Positions 47,509 to 57,951 are shown, counted from the stretch's first letter. The stretch: 64,000 nt of DNA from an uncultured virus (IMG/VR IMGVR_UViG_3300010938_000027) (IMGVR_UViG_3300010938_000027), one strand, 5' to 3'. Notes: generated from the letters alone by a model not told the origin. Numbers and translations are program-made.

Positions 47509-48129
47509 ATGAAGCCGTATGTTGGGAAAATCATAACCAAATCCTTCGCAGACCTATACAATGCAGTTATCCAGTTTGGACACACAAAGTTCAAAGTAGT
47601 TGGTAATGGAATATACTCACCGAAGGGGTATGTTATCAGCACTTTCAGTCCTGAAGGTAGTATCTTGAACCTTCATATACTTGACTGGGAAAATGCAGTT
47701 GACATCCAGTTGTTCCTTGCGCACGCATTCCAATCTACTTTATCAGTTTATTTACCACCAGCAGACATTTCAGAGAAAGAGAAGGTTCATATTTTTTCTC
47801 AACCAGCCTGTTCAATTGCAAAAGGTATTGAGTGGAGCACCAAAATTCGTGCCACAGTCGGTTCTATGAAGAAGGTTGCCGAAGTTGGGATACTACCAGT
47901 AATTGACAACCCGCACACAGCACTGATTGCATCAGTCTTTACTGATGAGAAAGAGCGGTTCTGGTATGAGATGGAACGGTTATTCGGAGCCGTGAAGGCA
48001 TACCTGCTTGCCCAGAAAGAAAAAGAACAACCGATAAAGGATATGCTTTTCAACCGAGCGAAACTACACTCACTTGACCAGAAAGCATTTGAAACCGCTT
48101 GTGCCGAGTTGGAAGGTTTATGGACATAG
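47509..48129 (+). CDS. Hypothetical protein
   Basis: In-operon ORF. Confidence 0.6.
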   Translation: MKPYVGKIITKSFADLYNAVIQFGHTKFKVVGNGIYSPKGYVISTFSPEGSILNLHILDWENAVDIQLFLAHAFQSTLSVYLPPADISEKEKVHIFSQPACSIAKGIEWSTKIRATVGSMKKVAEVGILPVIDNPHTALIASVFTDEKERFWYEMERLFGAVKAYLLAQKEKEQPIKDMLFNRAKLHSLDQKAFETACAELEGLWT

Positions 48130-50324
48130 TTGACTCATACAAAGAGTGTTCAAAGTGTCCTGGTTGTGGAGGAAAAGTTTTACCAGAACTACCACTACCA
48201 GATACACCGATAAAGGGTATCATAGTGGGTGAACGACCTGGTGAAGAGGAATTGAAAGAAGGTAAACCTTTCATAGGTCCGAGTGGTAAGTTGTTATTCA
48301 ATTACCTCAACAGGGATGAGTGGGTCATAACGAATGTGATAAAATGCCAGTATGGGATTGCGGAAGGTTGTAGGGAATTGCTTGAACAGGAATTGAAATA
48401 TGTTTTGAATACTTACAGGGTTACACAGGAATATCCTGTCATTCTATTACTCGGAAAAGTAGCAACTGAAACATTAAGTCCATACAAGTTTCACGCGAGC
48501 CTTTCAGGTGCATATTACCTTGACAAAGACAGAAAGGTGCTTGTGGTCATAAGTGTTCATCCCGCCTATGTATTGCGAAATAAGGTTTATCCTTTACTTA
48601 AAAGGGCACTACGAATTGCTGATAAGGGTGTCCCATTCAGGTTCAATCCTGACATTGAGCAGGTAGATGAAACAACTATGTTGAAGGTAATTGAAAGAAT
48701 GGACGCAGTTGCAGTTGATATTGAGGTAGTAAATGGTATTCCAGTTTCAGTTGCAGTTTCAAACGCACCTGACAAAGGGTATGTATCAAAGTTGACACCT
48801 GAAATTGCAAGAACATTGGCAACCAAAAAACTCATAGGGCACAACCTCACTTTTGACATACCTGTTCTTGAACAGGTCAGTAAGGTTGAAGTTCCTGCAG
48901 AGAACATTCATAGTGATACCGCAGTGTTTTATCACTGGGAGTGGTCAGAATTCAGAAAAGGACTTGATAATCTTACTATGCTTGTAGGTATGGGTGAATA
49001 CAAGCAGGAGTTTTTATCAAAGTTCGGTGGCTGGAATGGGATAAGTAATACAAGCAGGTCATTGTTTGGTATTCCAAAAGAATTGTATACCTATAATGGA
49101 CTTGATGCAGTTGCTTCATACCGCCTATACAAATACCTTTTACCTGGTATAAATACGAAAAAAAAGTTGAGATACCTATGGAATGTGTTCAGGTATTTTA
49201 TGAAGTCAATGATGGAAATTGAACAGACAGGTGTGTATGTGACCATTGATTTACTACATAAGGAAAGGGTTAAGTTGCAACAACAATCCGCAGAACTTAC
49301 TACGAAGTTGAATGATTTGGGATTCACTGGTAATCCACTTTCACCTAAACAGGTGCTTGAGTATTTCAAGAACAAAGGACACAACATATCTTCAACTTCA
49401 GAGGCAGTATTAGTTGACCTCGCAGAAAAGTTCAATGATGAAGTGGCAAAGACCATACTTGAATACAGACATACCACCAAACTTCTATCCACCTATGTAG
49501 AAGGGTTTTTAGAAGTATCAAGTAAATCACCTGATGGTCGGGTGAGGTCAAAATTCAACATAACAGGCACACCTGCGCACAGACTTGCATCATCAGACCC
49601 TAATCTACAGAACCTTCCACCTGGCTGGTATGGAACTGTTATTACTGCACCGAAAGGTAAGAAGTTAGTTGGACTGGATTATAGTCAGATTGAATTACGG
49701 ATGCTTGCACAGGTATCAGAAGACCCTGTTATGATTGATGAGTTCCAGCAAGGGTTAGACCTTCATACAATCACTGCCAAAGATATACTTCATTACAGGA
49801 AAGTTGATGAGAAGGCACGGCGAGAGGCAAAGGCAATAAATTTCGGTATGGTGTATGGATTGACTGCACCATCCCTTGCGAAAAGATTGAATTGTGATGA
49901 AGCAACTGCAGAACGGGTTATCAACAGATTCTTTCAAAAGTATTCAGTGGTAAGAGAGTGGCGGGAAAAGGTGTATGAATTCGCCAAAAATCACGGGTAT
50001 GTGGAATCACTATTCGGCAGGAGACGATGGGTATTGATTTCAGAAGAAAGCGGAAAGAACCTGTTCAATGTGAGTGTTAACTCCGTTATACAGGCATCTG
50101 CAATGGATATAGTCCAGACTGATATGGGGTTGGTATATATGGAAAAAGGCAAGTCCTTGCCAGACGGCTTTAAGTTTGTATCACAGGTTCACGACGCAAT
50201 CTATTTTGAGGTAGATGAAGATTTTGACCCGCAATGTATCAAGGATTTCATTGAAGATGGCTGGGACCTGGATGTGCCAATAAAGGTAAAAGTAGAAACT
50301 TATGAAAGCAGTGTTCAAAGTTAG
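48120..50324 (+). CDS. polA: Family A DNA polymerase with N-terminal family-4 UDG-like domain
   Basis: VGERPGEEE..GKPFIGPSG and HPAY (UDG-4); DIE exonuclease motif; DYSQIELR, AKAINFG, QVHDA. Confidence 0.93.
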   Translation: MDIVDSYKECSKCPGCGGKVLPELPLPDTPIKGIIVGERPGEEELKEGKPFIGPSGKLLFNYLNRDEWVITNVIKCQYGIAEGCRELLEQELKYVLNTYRVTQEYPVILLLGKVATETLSPYKFHASLSGAYYLDKDRKVLVVISVHPAYVLRNKVYPLLKRALRIADKGVPFRFNPDIEQVDETTMLKVIERMDAVAVDIEVVNGIPVSVAVSNAPDKGYVSKLTPEIARTLATKKLIGHNLTFDIPVLEQVSKVEVPAENIHSDTAVFYHWEWSEFRKGLDNLTMLVGMGEYKQEFLSKFGGWNGISNTSRSLFGIPKELYTYNGLDAVASYRLYKYLLPGINTKKKLRYLWNVFRYFMKSMMEIEQTGVYVTIDLLHKERVKLQQQSAELTTKLNDLGFTGNPLSPKQVLEYFKNKGHNISSTSEAVLVDLAEKFNDEVAKTILEYRHTTKLLSTYVEGFLEVSSKSPDGRVRSKFNITGTPAHRLASSDPNLQNLPPGWYGTVITAPKGKKLVGLDYSQIELRMLAQVSEDPVMIDEFQQGLDLHTITAKDILHYRKVDEKARREAKAINFGMVYGLTAPSLAKRLNCDEATAERVINRFFQKYSVVREWREKVYEFAKNHGYVESLFGRRRWVLISEESGKNLFNVSVNSVIQASAMDIVQTDMGLVYMEKGKSLPDGFKFVSQVHDAIYFEVDEDFDPQCIKDFIEDGWDLDVPIKVKVETYESSVQS

Positions 50325-50373
50325 TTGTGGATTTCTTATATATAAAGTGAATTACTACTACTTTTTTTGGAGG
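50313..50373 (+). promoter_or_regulatory. Phage-specific promoter plus leader (copy C)
   Basis: GTTCAAAGTTA-N9-TTCTTATATATAAAGTG..ACTACTACTTTTTTTGGAGG. Confidence 0.75.
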
Positions 50374-50379
50374 TGAAGT

Positions 50380-50799
50380 ATGGTAGTGAACAACAGGGTA
50401 GCAAAACAGGAGAATGTGAAAGAGAAAATCCTGTCATACCTGACAGGAGGAGTAGAGGTGAGTTCCCTTGAAGAAGAATTGACGAAGGTTGGAACATACC
50501 ACGCACTCGCTTCAAGGGAATTGATAAAAGCGATGGAAAACCTTGCGAAGATGAGTGTGGAGAGAGACAGAATTGAGGCAGAGGTATCACAGGGTTCAAG
50601 GGTAGAGATTGAGGCAATGGGTGAGAAGGTGACGGAAGGTAAGGTAGAGGAGAAGAAACGATTGAACCCGTTGTGGCAACAGGCAGAACTGAATTATCAA
50701 ATGGCAAAAACAGAAGTGGATGGTTGGAAGTCAATCCTGCGGTCATTGGAAGTAAGAAAAGAAGTCATACAATTCTTTTTAAGAAGTGAAATAAAATAA
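50380..50799 (+). CDS. Coiled-coil protein, UvsY-like recombination mediator
   Basis: Helical, KVTEGKVE motif, upstream of SSB and RecA. Confidence 0.5.
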   Translation: MVVNNRVAKQENVKEKILSYLTGGVEVSSLEEELTKVGTYHALASRELIKAMENLAKMSVERDRIEAEVSQGSRVEIEAMGEKVTEGKVEEKKRLNPLWQQAELNYQMAKTEVDGWKSILRSLEVRKEVIQFFLRSEIK

Positions 50800-50817
50800 T
50801 TTTTAGGAGGTGAGACA

Positions 50818-51546
50818 ATGGCACCAATAATCAGAGACGAACTAAACAAGGACAAGGAGGAGGCGAGGGCAGGAAGAGGCGACGTATTCTGGGTTCCGAA
50901 GCCTGGGAAACACAGAATACGCATACTTGACAGACCCAATAGGAACTTCTATGTGAAACGGAAATTCCATCACCTTGATGTGGGTGGACAGCGGAAATCA
51001 GTGATGTGCAGTGAAGATGATTGTCCAATATGTCAACTGGCAAGCAGGTTAGCAAGACAGGGTGACAGGGCATCCGCACAATCACTACAACCGAGACTGC
51101 GATACTTCTGTGCAGTAGTTCCATTGCTTGAACAACCGCTGAAAGCAAGAATCTTCGGGTTTGGTGTATCAATCTTTGATGAACTCTGTTCCTATGCAGA
51201 AGACCCAGAATGGGGTGATGCCATACTCAAGAATGACATCATACTGGAAAGGGAAGGTGAGGGAATAAACACGGAATACAGGGTAAGGGTTTCAAACAAG
51301 TCAACCCCAATACCAAAGGAAGTGCTTGCAGATGTTCCTGACCTGGATGAGATTCTTGTGCCGAGGGACAGAGAATACATTGCGGGACTGCTTGCAGATA
51401 CTGAGTTCGGTGCAGAAGCAACTGAAGAAGTTGAAACCTCATTGCCACGGTGTTTCGGAATGTATGACCAGACTGACCCAGATTGTAAGACCTGTCAGGT
51501 GGCGAGAAGGTGTGCAAAGAAGACTGCTACCAATAATGAGGAATAG
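50818..51546 (+). CDS. Single-stranded DNA-binding protein (gp32-like)
   Basis: FWVPKPG..RIRIL, H..C..CPIC Zn site, REGEGINTEY. Confidence 0.8.
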   Translation: MAPIIRDELNKDKEEARAGRGDVFWVPKPGKHRIRILDRPNRNFYVKRKFHHLDVGGQRKSVMCSEDDCPICQLASRLARQGDRASAQSLQPRLRYFCAVVPLLEQPLKARIFGFGVSIFDELCSYAEDPEWGDAILKNDIILEREGEGINTEYRVRVSNKSTPIPKEVLADVPDLDEILVPRDREYIAGLLADTEFGAEATEEVETSLPRCFGMYDQTDPDCKTCQVARRCAKKTATNNEE

Positions 51547-51549
51547 GGT

Positions 51550-52428
51550 ATGTTGCGACTGAAAGACCTGATTAAGCCAATAAAGGCATTACCAACAGGT
51601 TCTGCACTACTTGACCATCAAGCAATTCTGGTAGGTGGACTCCCTTATGGTAAAATAATTGAAATTTTTGGTAAGGAAGCATCAGGGAAGTCCACCCTTG
51701 CACTTTCATTCATCAAGCAAGCACAGGTAGAGAATATGGCAGTTCATCTTATTGATAGTGAAGGCTCATTTGATACACACAGAGCAGAACGGATTGGTAT
51801 TGACCTCAAGGATGTATGGTTGTTAGATGAGGCGGAGACGATTGAAGATGGGTTCAATGTTCTACTCACTCTTCTGGAAAAGAAGTCAGAAGGGCTGTTG
51901 ATATGGGATAGTATTGCCGCATCACCCACAAGGAAGGAGATTGAGGAAGGGCAGGTCGGTGAAGTAGCAATCGCAGAGAAGGCAAGGGCAATGAGTTTAG
52001 CACTCGCACTGAGATTAGTATCTGCAAACCTGAAAAACAAGGACTGGATACTTGTATTTATCAATCAGGTGCGTGAACGCATACAGATGTTTGGAATTGG
52101 CGATAGATACACAACCCCTGGTGGGATGGCACTGAAATTTCACGCCTCTCTGCGGATGAAGATGGATTTGGTGAAACGAGAGAAGGAAGGGATATGGTCA
52201 AAGATAACAATTGCCAAGAGCAGGGTTGGTATTCCATACAGGTCGGTGGAAGTATTTCTGCGGTTTGATAGTGGACTGGATGATTACACTTCCTGCCTGA
52301 AGTGGGCACGGAAATTGAAACTCATTGAAGGCAGGAAAGCACCACCTTACGAGGAATTGCTGAACCTTGTTAAGACACCGATACTTGATGTTCCAGTAGT
52401 TGGAGGTGATGACGATGAAGAAGAATGA
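51550..52428 (+). CDS. recA: RecA/UvsX recombinase
   Basis: GGLPYGKIIEIFGKEASGKST, DSIAA, FINQVR, TPGGMALKFHAS. Confidence 0.93.
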   Translation: MLRLKDLIKPIKALPTGSALLDHQAILVGGLPYGKIIEIFGKEASGKSTLALSFIKQAQVENMAVHLIDSEGSFDTHRAERIGIDLKDVWLLDEAETIEDGFNVLLTLLEKKSEGLLIWDSIAASPTRKEIEEGQVGEVAIAEKARAMSLALALRLVSANLKNKDWILVFINQVRERIQMFGIGDRYTTPGGMALKFHASLRMKMDLVKREKEGIWSKITIAKSRVGIPYRSVEVFLRFDSGLDDYTSCLKWARKLKLIEGRKAPPYEELLNLVKTPILDVPVVGGDDDEEE

Positions 52429-53425
52429 ATATGACATAGTTGTTATTTCAGACCTACATTTCGGGTATGATTACAGGACTAAACCCCGTCTAACTGCATT
52501 CCAGCGATTGGTTGATGAAGTATCAAAGATTGTGAAGAAGGCAATTGTGTTTCTCGGTGATATATTCCATTCAAGATTCCTGCGTGGTGAGGATGTCCAT
52601 ATTGTTATTGATGGGTTTGAAAGGATGAAAAGCAGTGCAGAAGGATACATCATACTGGGTAATCACGATTTGGAATCAAAAGAGCGATATGTAGTCAGGT
52701 TCTTGTCAAAACAATTCCATTTATTTACGGATGTTCAACTCATTGATATTGCTGGGTATAAGTGTTTGGTTATACCATACAAGTTAGGACAACCTCCACC
52801 ACCATTGCCACAATTCAGTCAGGTTGACCTCGTGTTGGGACATCAGTATATTCAGGAATTTGTGAACTTTCCAATTCAGACACAGGAAGGGTATTCTATG
52901 GATGTATTCAAAGACAAGGCAGAAGCAGTCATAATGGGACATCTACATACTGACCACACTGAACAGGCAGGTATAACAAAGTTTTATACAGGATGCACAA
53001 TTCCAGTTTCATTTACAGATAACCTCGTTGAGAGCAGGTATTATGTCATTAAGGATGGAATGGTGGAAGTAATCCATAATCATAGTGTCAAGTTTATTGA
53101 CCTGCGAAGACTTGATAAAAGTGTAAACATTGAAGATATAGTTTGTGATGGATGCACTTCAATTATAAGGGCTTATGAGGATGACCCGAGATTATCAAAA
53201 CCTGCAATCAAGTCCTTAAAAAATCTAATAATACAGACCTTTGCACCAGTGAAAGTAGAGACACCTAAATCAAAGTTTGAACAGGTAAAATTAACTACTG
53301 CGGAACTACCAATTGAGGATGCATTACAGGTGTATGTTAATACCACTTATTCCGCATTACCAGAGACAGAGCGGGTATCAATCATTGAAAAGGGTAAGGA
53401 ATACCTGAATACTGCGAGGAGGTGA
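52415..53425 (+). CDS. SbcD/Mre11-like nuclease
   Basis: SDLH, LGDIFH, GNHD, GHLH. Confidence 0.9.
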   Translation: MKKNEYDIVVISDLHFGYDYRTKPRLTAFQRLVDEVSKIVKKAIVFLGDIFHSRFLRGEDVHIVIDGFERMKSSAEGYIILGNHDLESKERYVVRFLSKQFHLFTDVQLIDIAGYKCLVIPYKLGQPPPPLPQFSQVDLVLGHQYIQEFVNFPIQTQEGYSMDVFKDKAEAVIMGHLHTDHTEQAGITKFYTGCTIPVSFTDNLVESRYYVIKDGMVEVIHNHSVKFIDLRRLDKSVNIEDIVCDGCTSIIRAYEDDPRLSKPAIKSLKNLIIQTFAPVKVETPKSKFEQVKLTTAELPIEDALQVYVNTTYSALPETERVSIIEKGKEYLNTARR

Positions 53426-55215
53426 GTTCTATGTTGAGATTGAAACTTGATGACTTCGTGGTTCATAAAGGGAATGAGGTTGTATTTGAGGATGGCAAAG
53501 TATATGTGGTATATGGTGAAAATGGTGCAGGTAAATCAACCATAATTGAAGCATTGCTCTGGTGTCTATATGGATACACAATACGGGGTGGTGGTAGTGA
53601 ACGCATACCTGGACTGGTGTCAATTGAGATTAAGGCTCATCCTGGTGAACTCATTATAACTCGCAGGAAGCCAGAGAAGGGCACAGAATTACTATCAATG
53701 TTTTTGAATAACAAGAACATCACATACAAGGCATTGAGGGACACACAAGCAGAGATACACAAATTCTTTGGTGAAGTTGATACCTTTCTGCATACACAAA
53801 TCTACTCTGCGGATGGATACACATTCAGTTCAATGACTGATGCGGAACGGAAAGAAGTTTTACGGAAACTACTGAACCTTGAAGTGATTGCGAAGGCAAG
53901 ACAATTAGTCCGCACCGACCTAACTGCCAAGACTACTCAAAGACAATCCGAAGAAGTCAAACTGAACCTTAAAACCGAACGGATAAGGGAGATAGAACAG
54001 TTGATTGGTGAGTTGCAGAAACGGTTGAAAGAGCAGGAAGCAGTAAAGAACAATTCCGACAAAATTGAACAGGAGATAAGGGAGAAGATGACGAGTATCA
54101 ATGAAACACTTATCAACCTTGAGGGTGAATTGGGTGAAATAAACGAAGAGATTGAACTTGCAGACCAGAAGATTGACAAGTATCAATCTGAGTATACCAG
54201 ACACCAGTCAACCATTGCTTCACTTTCAAAGGAGTTATCAATGAAACAATCAACCCTTCAACGCATACAAGACAACCTGTTGAAATTGAAAGGAAAGGCG
54301 ACCTGTCCACTCTGCAATCAACCTATGCAGAAAGACCCAGCGGTATTATGGCAACCTGAAATCAGTGAGTTGAGTGATTCAATCAAGAACCTTGAGAATG
54401 AATTGAAAACCTATCAACGGATGGTGAATGAAGTGTATGAGAAACTAACAGAACTAAAATCCTATAAGGATGAACTGATGTCAAAACGCAGAGCCATCAT
54501 ACAGAAACAGACTGCCTTGAATTCATCCCTTACCACCTTGAATGACCAGTTGCAGAAGGCACAGGTTGAATTGAGTAAGATACAAACCACAATTGCAGGT
54601 ATTGAGGGTCAAATCAAACAACTTGAAACTGAACTGAATACCCTTCAGGCAGAGGTAAAATCAACTTCACTGAACATAGACCAGTTGAAGAAGGACGAAG
54701 GAATGTTGTCAATCCTGTATGATGTATTTGGTAATGAGGGACTACCTGCGTGGATGATAACTGAATTTGTGAAGAGACTGGAAATTGCTACAAATAAGTA
54801 TCTCAAACTACTACCCACTGCTATTCCGCTTGAGGTAAACATAAGCACAGTTGAACAACTCAAGGGCGGCAGTGTCAGGGACAGGTTGACCATAATTCCT
54901 TCAACAGGTGGTGGTAAGGTGTCAATGGTTAGTGGTGGTGAGAAGAAACGGATTGATACCGCATTATTGTTAGGATTAAGGGATGTAATTGGTATGAATG
55001 AATGGAATTTACCAGTATTCTTCGATGAAGTGTTTGACAGGCTTGATGAAGAAGGTGCGGATGCAGTTGCGGAACTCCTTTCCGACTATGCAGACATAAC
55101 TGGAACTGCAGTAGTTGTGATTGGGCATTCAAAGGACATACTTGGATTATTCCCTGATGCAATACCGATTGAAGTCATCCGTGAAGGAAGTAAATCAAGA
55201 ATTGTGATGGGATGA
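53422..55215 (+). CDS. SbcC/Rad50-like ATPase
   Basis: GENGAGKST, CPLC hook, SGGEKKR, FFDEVFD. Confidence 0.92.
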   Translation: MSSMLRLKLDDFVVHKGNEVVFEDGKVYVVYGENGAGKSTIIEALLWCLYGYTIRGGGSERIPGLVSIEIKAHPGELIITRRKPEKGTELLSMFLNNKNITYKALRDTQAEIHKFFGEVDTFLHTQIYSADGYTFSSMTDAERKEVLRKLLNLEVIAKARQLVRTDLTAKTTQRQSEEVKLNLKTERIREIEQLIGELQKRLKEQEAVKNNSDKIEQEIREKMTSINETLINLEGELGEINEEIELADQKIDKYQSEYTRHQSTIASLSKELSMKQSTLQRIQDNLLKLKGKATCPLCNQPMQKDPAVLWQPEISELSDSIKNLENELKTYQRMVNEVYEKLTELKSYKDELMSKRRAIIQKQTALNSSLTTLNDQLQKAQVELSKIQTTIAGIEGQIKQLETELNTLQAEVKSTSLNIDQLKKDEGMLSILYDVFGNEGLPAWMITEFVKRLEIATNKYLKLLPTAIPLEVNISTVEQLKGGSVRDRLTIIPSTGGGKVSMVSGGEKKRIDTALLLGLRDVIGMNEWNLPVFFDEVFDRLDEEGADAVAELLSDYADITGTAVVVIGHSKDILGLFPDAIPIEVIREGSKSRIVMG

Positions 55216-55235
55216 AGTGAAAAGGAGGTGATAAT

Positions 55236-55787
55236 ATGACAGGTGATATTGTAGTTGATGAGAATGATGACATCAGATTAGTTTCAAGGAATGAACCTGA
55301 ACGAGACTTTGAGACAGAACGAACCATTGCCAAAACATTGGAACACCTGCGACAACACTTTGAAGACAAAGTTCCTGACAAAGAGTATTGGCAGGTGGGA
55401 ATAGGACTTGCGTTTGCCATACTCAAATGTGCCTTCTATGGTGGAAACAAACAACGGAAAGTCCTGAATGACCTCATATCACTATTACGATACTTTGAGC
55501 AATCCATACTACCCAGACCGCCGATTGCCTCATACCAGATTTCAAAGTTAGTAGAACAACTTGATAGCAAGGCAGAGTTATTGAAGGATGAGGAATTTTC
55601 TTTGCATGAGTTTACAGAGTTAGTCCTGCGGACTGCACAACTCTTGTTCCCTGAATTGTTCACAAAAGACAAAATCAAGTTCAAGGAATTGACTGAAGAA
55701 GTGATGGACTACATCAATGACCCATCCAATGCTGATAAGGTGCTTGAAATCCTTACCTGTTGCAAACACTACATTTACAGGAGGTAG
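55236..55787 (+). CDS. Hypothetical protein
   Basis: AAAGGAGGTGA RBS. Confidence 0.65.
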   Translation: MTGDIVVDENDDIRLVSRNEPERDFETERTIAKTLEHLRQHFEDKVPDKEYWQVGIGLAFAILKCAFYGGNKQRKVLNDLISLLRYFEQSILPRPPIASYQISKLVEQLDSKAELLKDEEFSLHEFTELVLRTAQLLFPELFTKDKIKFKELTEEVMDYINDPSNADKVLEILTCCKHYIYRR

Positions 55788-55789
55788 AA

Positions 55790-56038
55790 ATGGATAAAGT
55801 TCCTTTAAGGAAAGTAATAATAACAATAGAAGGGGTAGGAAATTTTTACCCTCTTGACCTTGTAAAAGGAAGAGGAGATGCGAAGACTAAGTTAAAAAGA
55901 ACCTTGAAGGAGTTGAGAAAGACCTTACCAAAAGAAAAATGGCACTTGATAGAAAGACTATGCTGGATATGGGGACATATGGTGTTTGAAAATACTAAAA
56001 GGGAAATTGTTAGAAATATAAAGGAGGTGATAAAATGA
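55790..56038 (+). CDS. Hypothetical protein
   Basis: AGGAGG RBS; AT-rich. Confidence 0.55.
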   Translation: MDKVPLRKVIITIEGVGNFYPLDLVKGRGDAKTKLKRTLKELRKTLPKEKWHLIERLCWIWGHMVFENTKREIVRNIKEVIK

Positions 56039-56325
56039 GGCAGGACGAGGTTGGAAGAAAAATATATAAAGAAGGAGACATTATTATAGGTGGAAGTGAT
56101 ATTTTTGAAACTTGTGGATGGGTAATTTGTTTTTGGAAAGGTTCAAAATACATTAAAGAAAGCAGAGGTTTCTATTATGTAGAATATGACATAAGCGACA
56201 GCGGGGGTTATAATTTCTATGTTAAAAAACTTTCTGTTAGGGATGTAATAAGAATACTTCTGAAAGAGGGTTGGGACGATGGAAAAATTGATAAGGTGCT
56301 TCAAAGGTATAAAGGATTAAAATAA
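56035..56325 (+). CDS. Hypothetical protein
   Basis: AAGGAGGTGA RBS; AT-rich. Confidence 0.6.
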   Translation: MRQDEVGRKIYKEGDIIIGGSDIFETCGWVICFWKGSKYIKESRGFYYVEYDISDSGGYNFYVKKLSVRDVIRILLKEGWDDGKIDKVLQRYKGLK

Positions 56326-56338
56326 AGAAGGTGATAAA

Positions 56339-56884
56339 ATGTGGATAGTAGGCATTGACCCAGGCATAAAAGGTATAGGTATTGCATTGATTGAGCACAC
56401 AGACCGCAAGTGCTCCTATGTAAAGGGTGCATTGTTTGTAGAAACAGACAAGGAAGTATCTGAAATTGCAAGTGGCGTGAGTGGTATATTTGTGAATTAC
56501 ACTGACTACATCGCAACTGGTGATACCACTATGAGTTTTGTTGACCATATTGTTAAGGAGTGGTTTGAAGGATTAACACCTGTTTGTGCGGTAATTGAGA
56601 AAGGTGTATTCACTGGATTTGGAAATGAAGTTCTGCTGGTGGCAGGCTGGTGTGGTGCAGTGTTATACAAACTCGGTATATCCATCTATTTTGTTAATCC
56701 CAGCACTGTCAAGTCAAGGTTGATGGGTAAAGGTAAAGGCAAGGCAAAGAAGAATGAGGTTGAGGCATTTGTTAGAAGTAAGTTGAACCTGGTTCTTGAC
56801 CAACCACCTTCTAACAAGTATGCCGAGCATCTATGGGACGCGATGTTATATGGATTGTATAATCCTGTGTTGTATGGAGAATAA
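56339..56884 (+). CDS. RuvC-like Holliday junction resolvase
   Basis: VGIDPG, VIEK, PSTVK, AKKNEV, HLWDA. Confidence 0.85.
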   Translation: MWIVGIDPGIKGIGIALIEHTDRKCSYVKGALFVETDKEVSEIASGVSGIFVNYTDYIATGDTTMSFVDHIVKEWFEGLTPVCAVIEKGVFTGFGNEVLLVAGWCGAVLYKLGISIYFVNPSTVKSRLMGKGKGKAKKNEVEAFVRSKLNLVLDQPPSNKYAEHLWDAMLYGLYNPVLYGE

Positions 56885-56888
56885 AGTG

Positions 56889-57218
56889 ATGGTGTTTGTC
56901 ATTACTGGAATTGTTATTGACCTTGTGTTATTGACAGACCGATATGTTCTATTTCTACAAAAAAAGTGGAACGGAGTTTTTGTGTTATTACTCTGTCAAC
57001 TCCTCGTTGTAGTATCAATTCCAATTATGAGTGATTGGTTGCCAATAACAATTGTGTTTATCGCTTTGCTTGAGGTTGCAGAAAAACAATACCCTGGAAA
57101 GGAAGAAGTAAGTTCCATTGTGAAACAGGTGTTGAACTTGTGTTTTACCCTGTTTGTAGTGTGGCATCTGGGCAAAATGGTAGAGTTGTTGACCAAACTA
57201 ACAGGAGGTGTAAAATGA
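56889..57218 (+). CDS. Multi-TM membrane protein (holin candidate)
   Basis: 3-4 hydrophobic segments. Confidence 0.5.
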   Translation: MVFVITGIVIDLVLLTDRYVLFLQKKWNGVFVLLLCQLLVVVSIPIMSDWLPITIVFIALLEVAEKQYPGKEEVSSIVKQVLNLCFTLFVVWHLGKMVELLTKLTGGVK

Positions 57219-57261
57219 AAGTAGAGTTATTGACTAAACTGATAGGAGGTGTAAAATGAAA
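57180..57261 (+). repeat. 41-bp tandem duplication spanning RBS/start
   Basis: GTAGAGTTRTTGACYAAACTRAYAGGAGGTGTAAAATGAAA x2. Confidence 0.85.
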
Positions 57262-57951
57262 CAAGTGGACACAACAAAAGGAAAAGGCGTGGTAATTCTG
57301 TCAGGTGGGCTGGACTCATCCACTGCACTGTGTATTGCCAGAAAAACTCTTGATGAAGTGATTGCACTCACATTTGATTATGGTCAACCTGCTGTGAAGA
57401 ATGAAATCAAAGCATCAAAGAAAATATGTGAAGCACTCAAAGTGAGACACTATGTAATAAAACTACCATACTTCAGTATGTTCAGAAAGAAAGTCAAACT
57501 GCTTTCTGACAAGATACCCTGTGTAATGAGTATTGACCAGTGTTCACTGAATACTGCAACTGCTGTGTGGGTTCCAAACAGAAATGAGGTGTTTGCAAGT
57601 ATTGGTGCGAGTTTCTGTGATGCCTTCGGATTCAACTGGGTAATAATGGGATTTAACAAGGAAGAAGCAACTACATTCCCAGATAACTCAAAAGAATTCA
57701 TCTCTGCCATGAATCAAGTTTGGGAATACTCCACACAGGTGAAACCAGAATTGTGGGCACCCTTGATTGACAAAACCAAACCTGAAATAGTTCATACTGC
57801 CCTGAAAGAAGGGCTTGACCTTTCTATGGTGTGGGCATGTTATAGGAATGGTAGAAAACACTGTGGAGTATGTGAATCCTGTGTCAGGTTCAAGAATGCC
57901 TTACAGGTTGCGAGTGTTTTTGATAGGTTCAGAAGGGTATTCAAAAGATGA
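57256..57951 (+). CDS. queC: 7-cyano-7-deazaguanine synthase
   Basis: SGGLDS, TFDYGQ, VPNRN, FPDNS, CY...HCGVCESC. Confidence 0.95.
   Translation: MKQVDTTKGKGVVILSGGLDSSTALCIARKTLDEVIALTFDYGQPAVKNEIKASKKICEALKVRHYVIKLPYFSMFRKKVKLLSDKIPCVMSIDQCSLNTATAVWVPNRNEVFASIGASFCDAFGFNWVIMGFNKEEATTFPDNSKEFISAMNQVWEYSTQVKPELWAPLIDKTKPEIVHTALKEGLDLSMVWACYRNGRKHCGVCESCVRFKNALQVASVFDRFRRVFKR

Noticed and set aside
23743..50324. Introns or inteins in terminase, helicases or polymerase
   Set aside because: Lengths are normal and no intein or homing endonuclease motifs were seen
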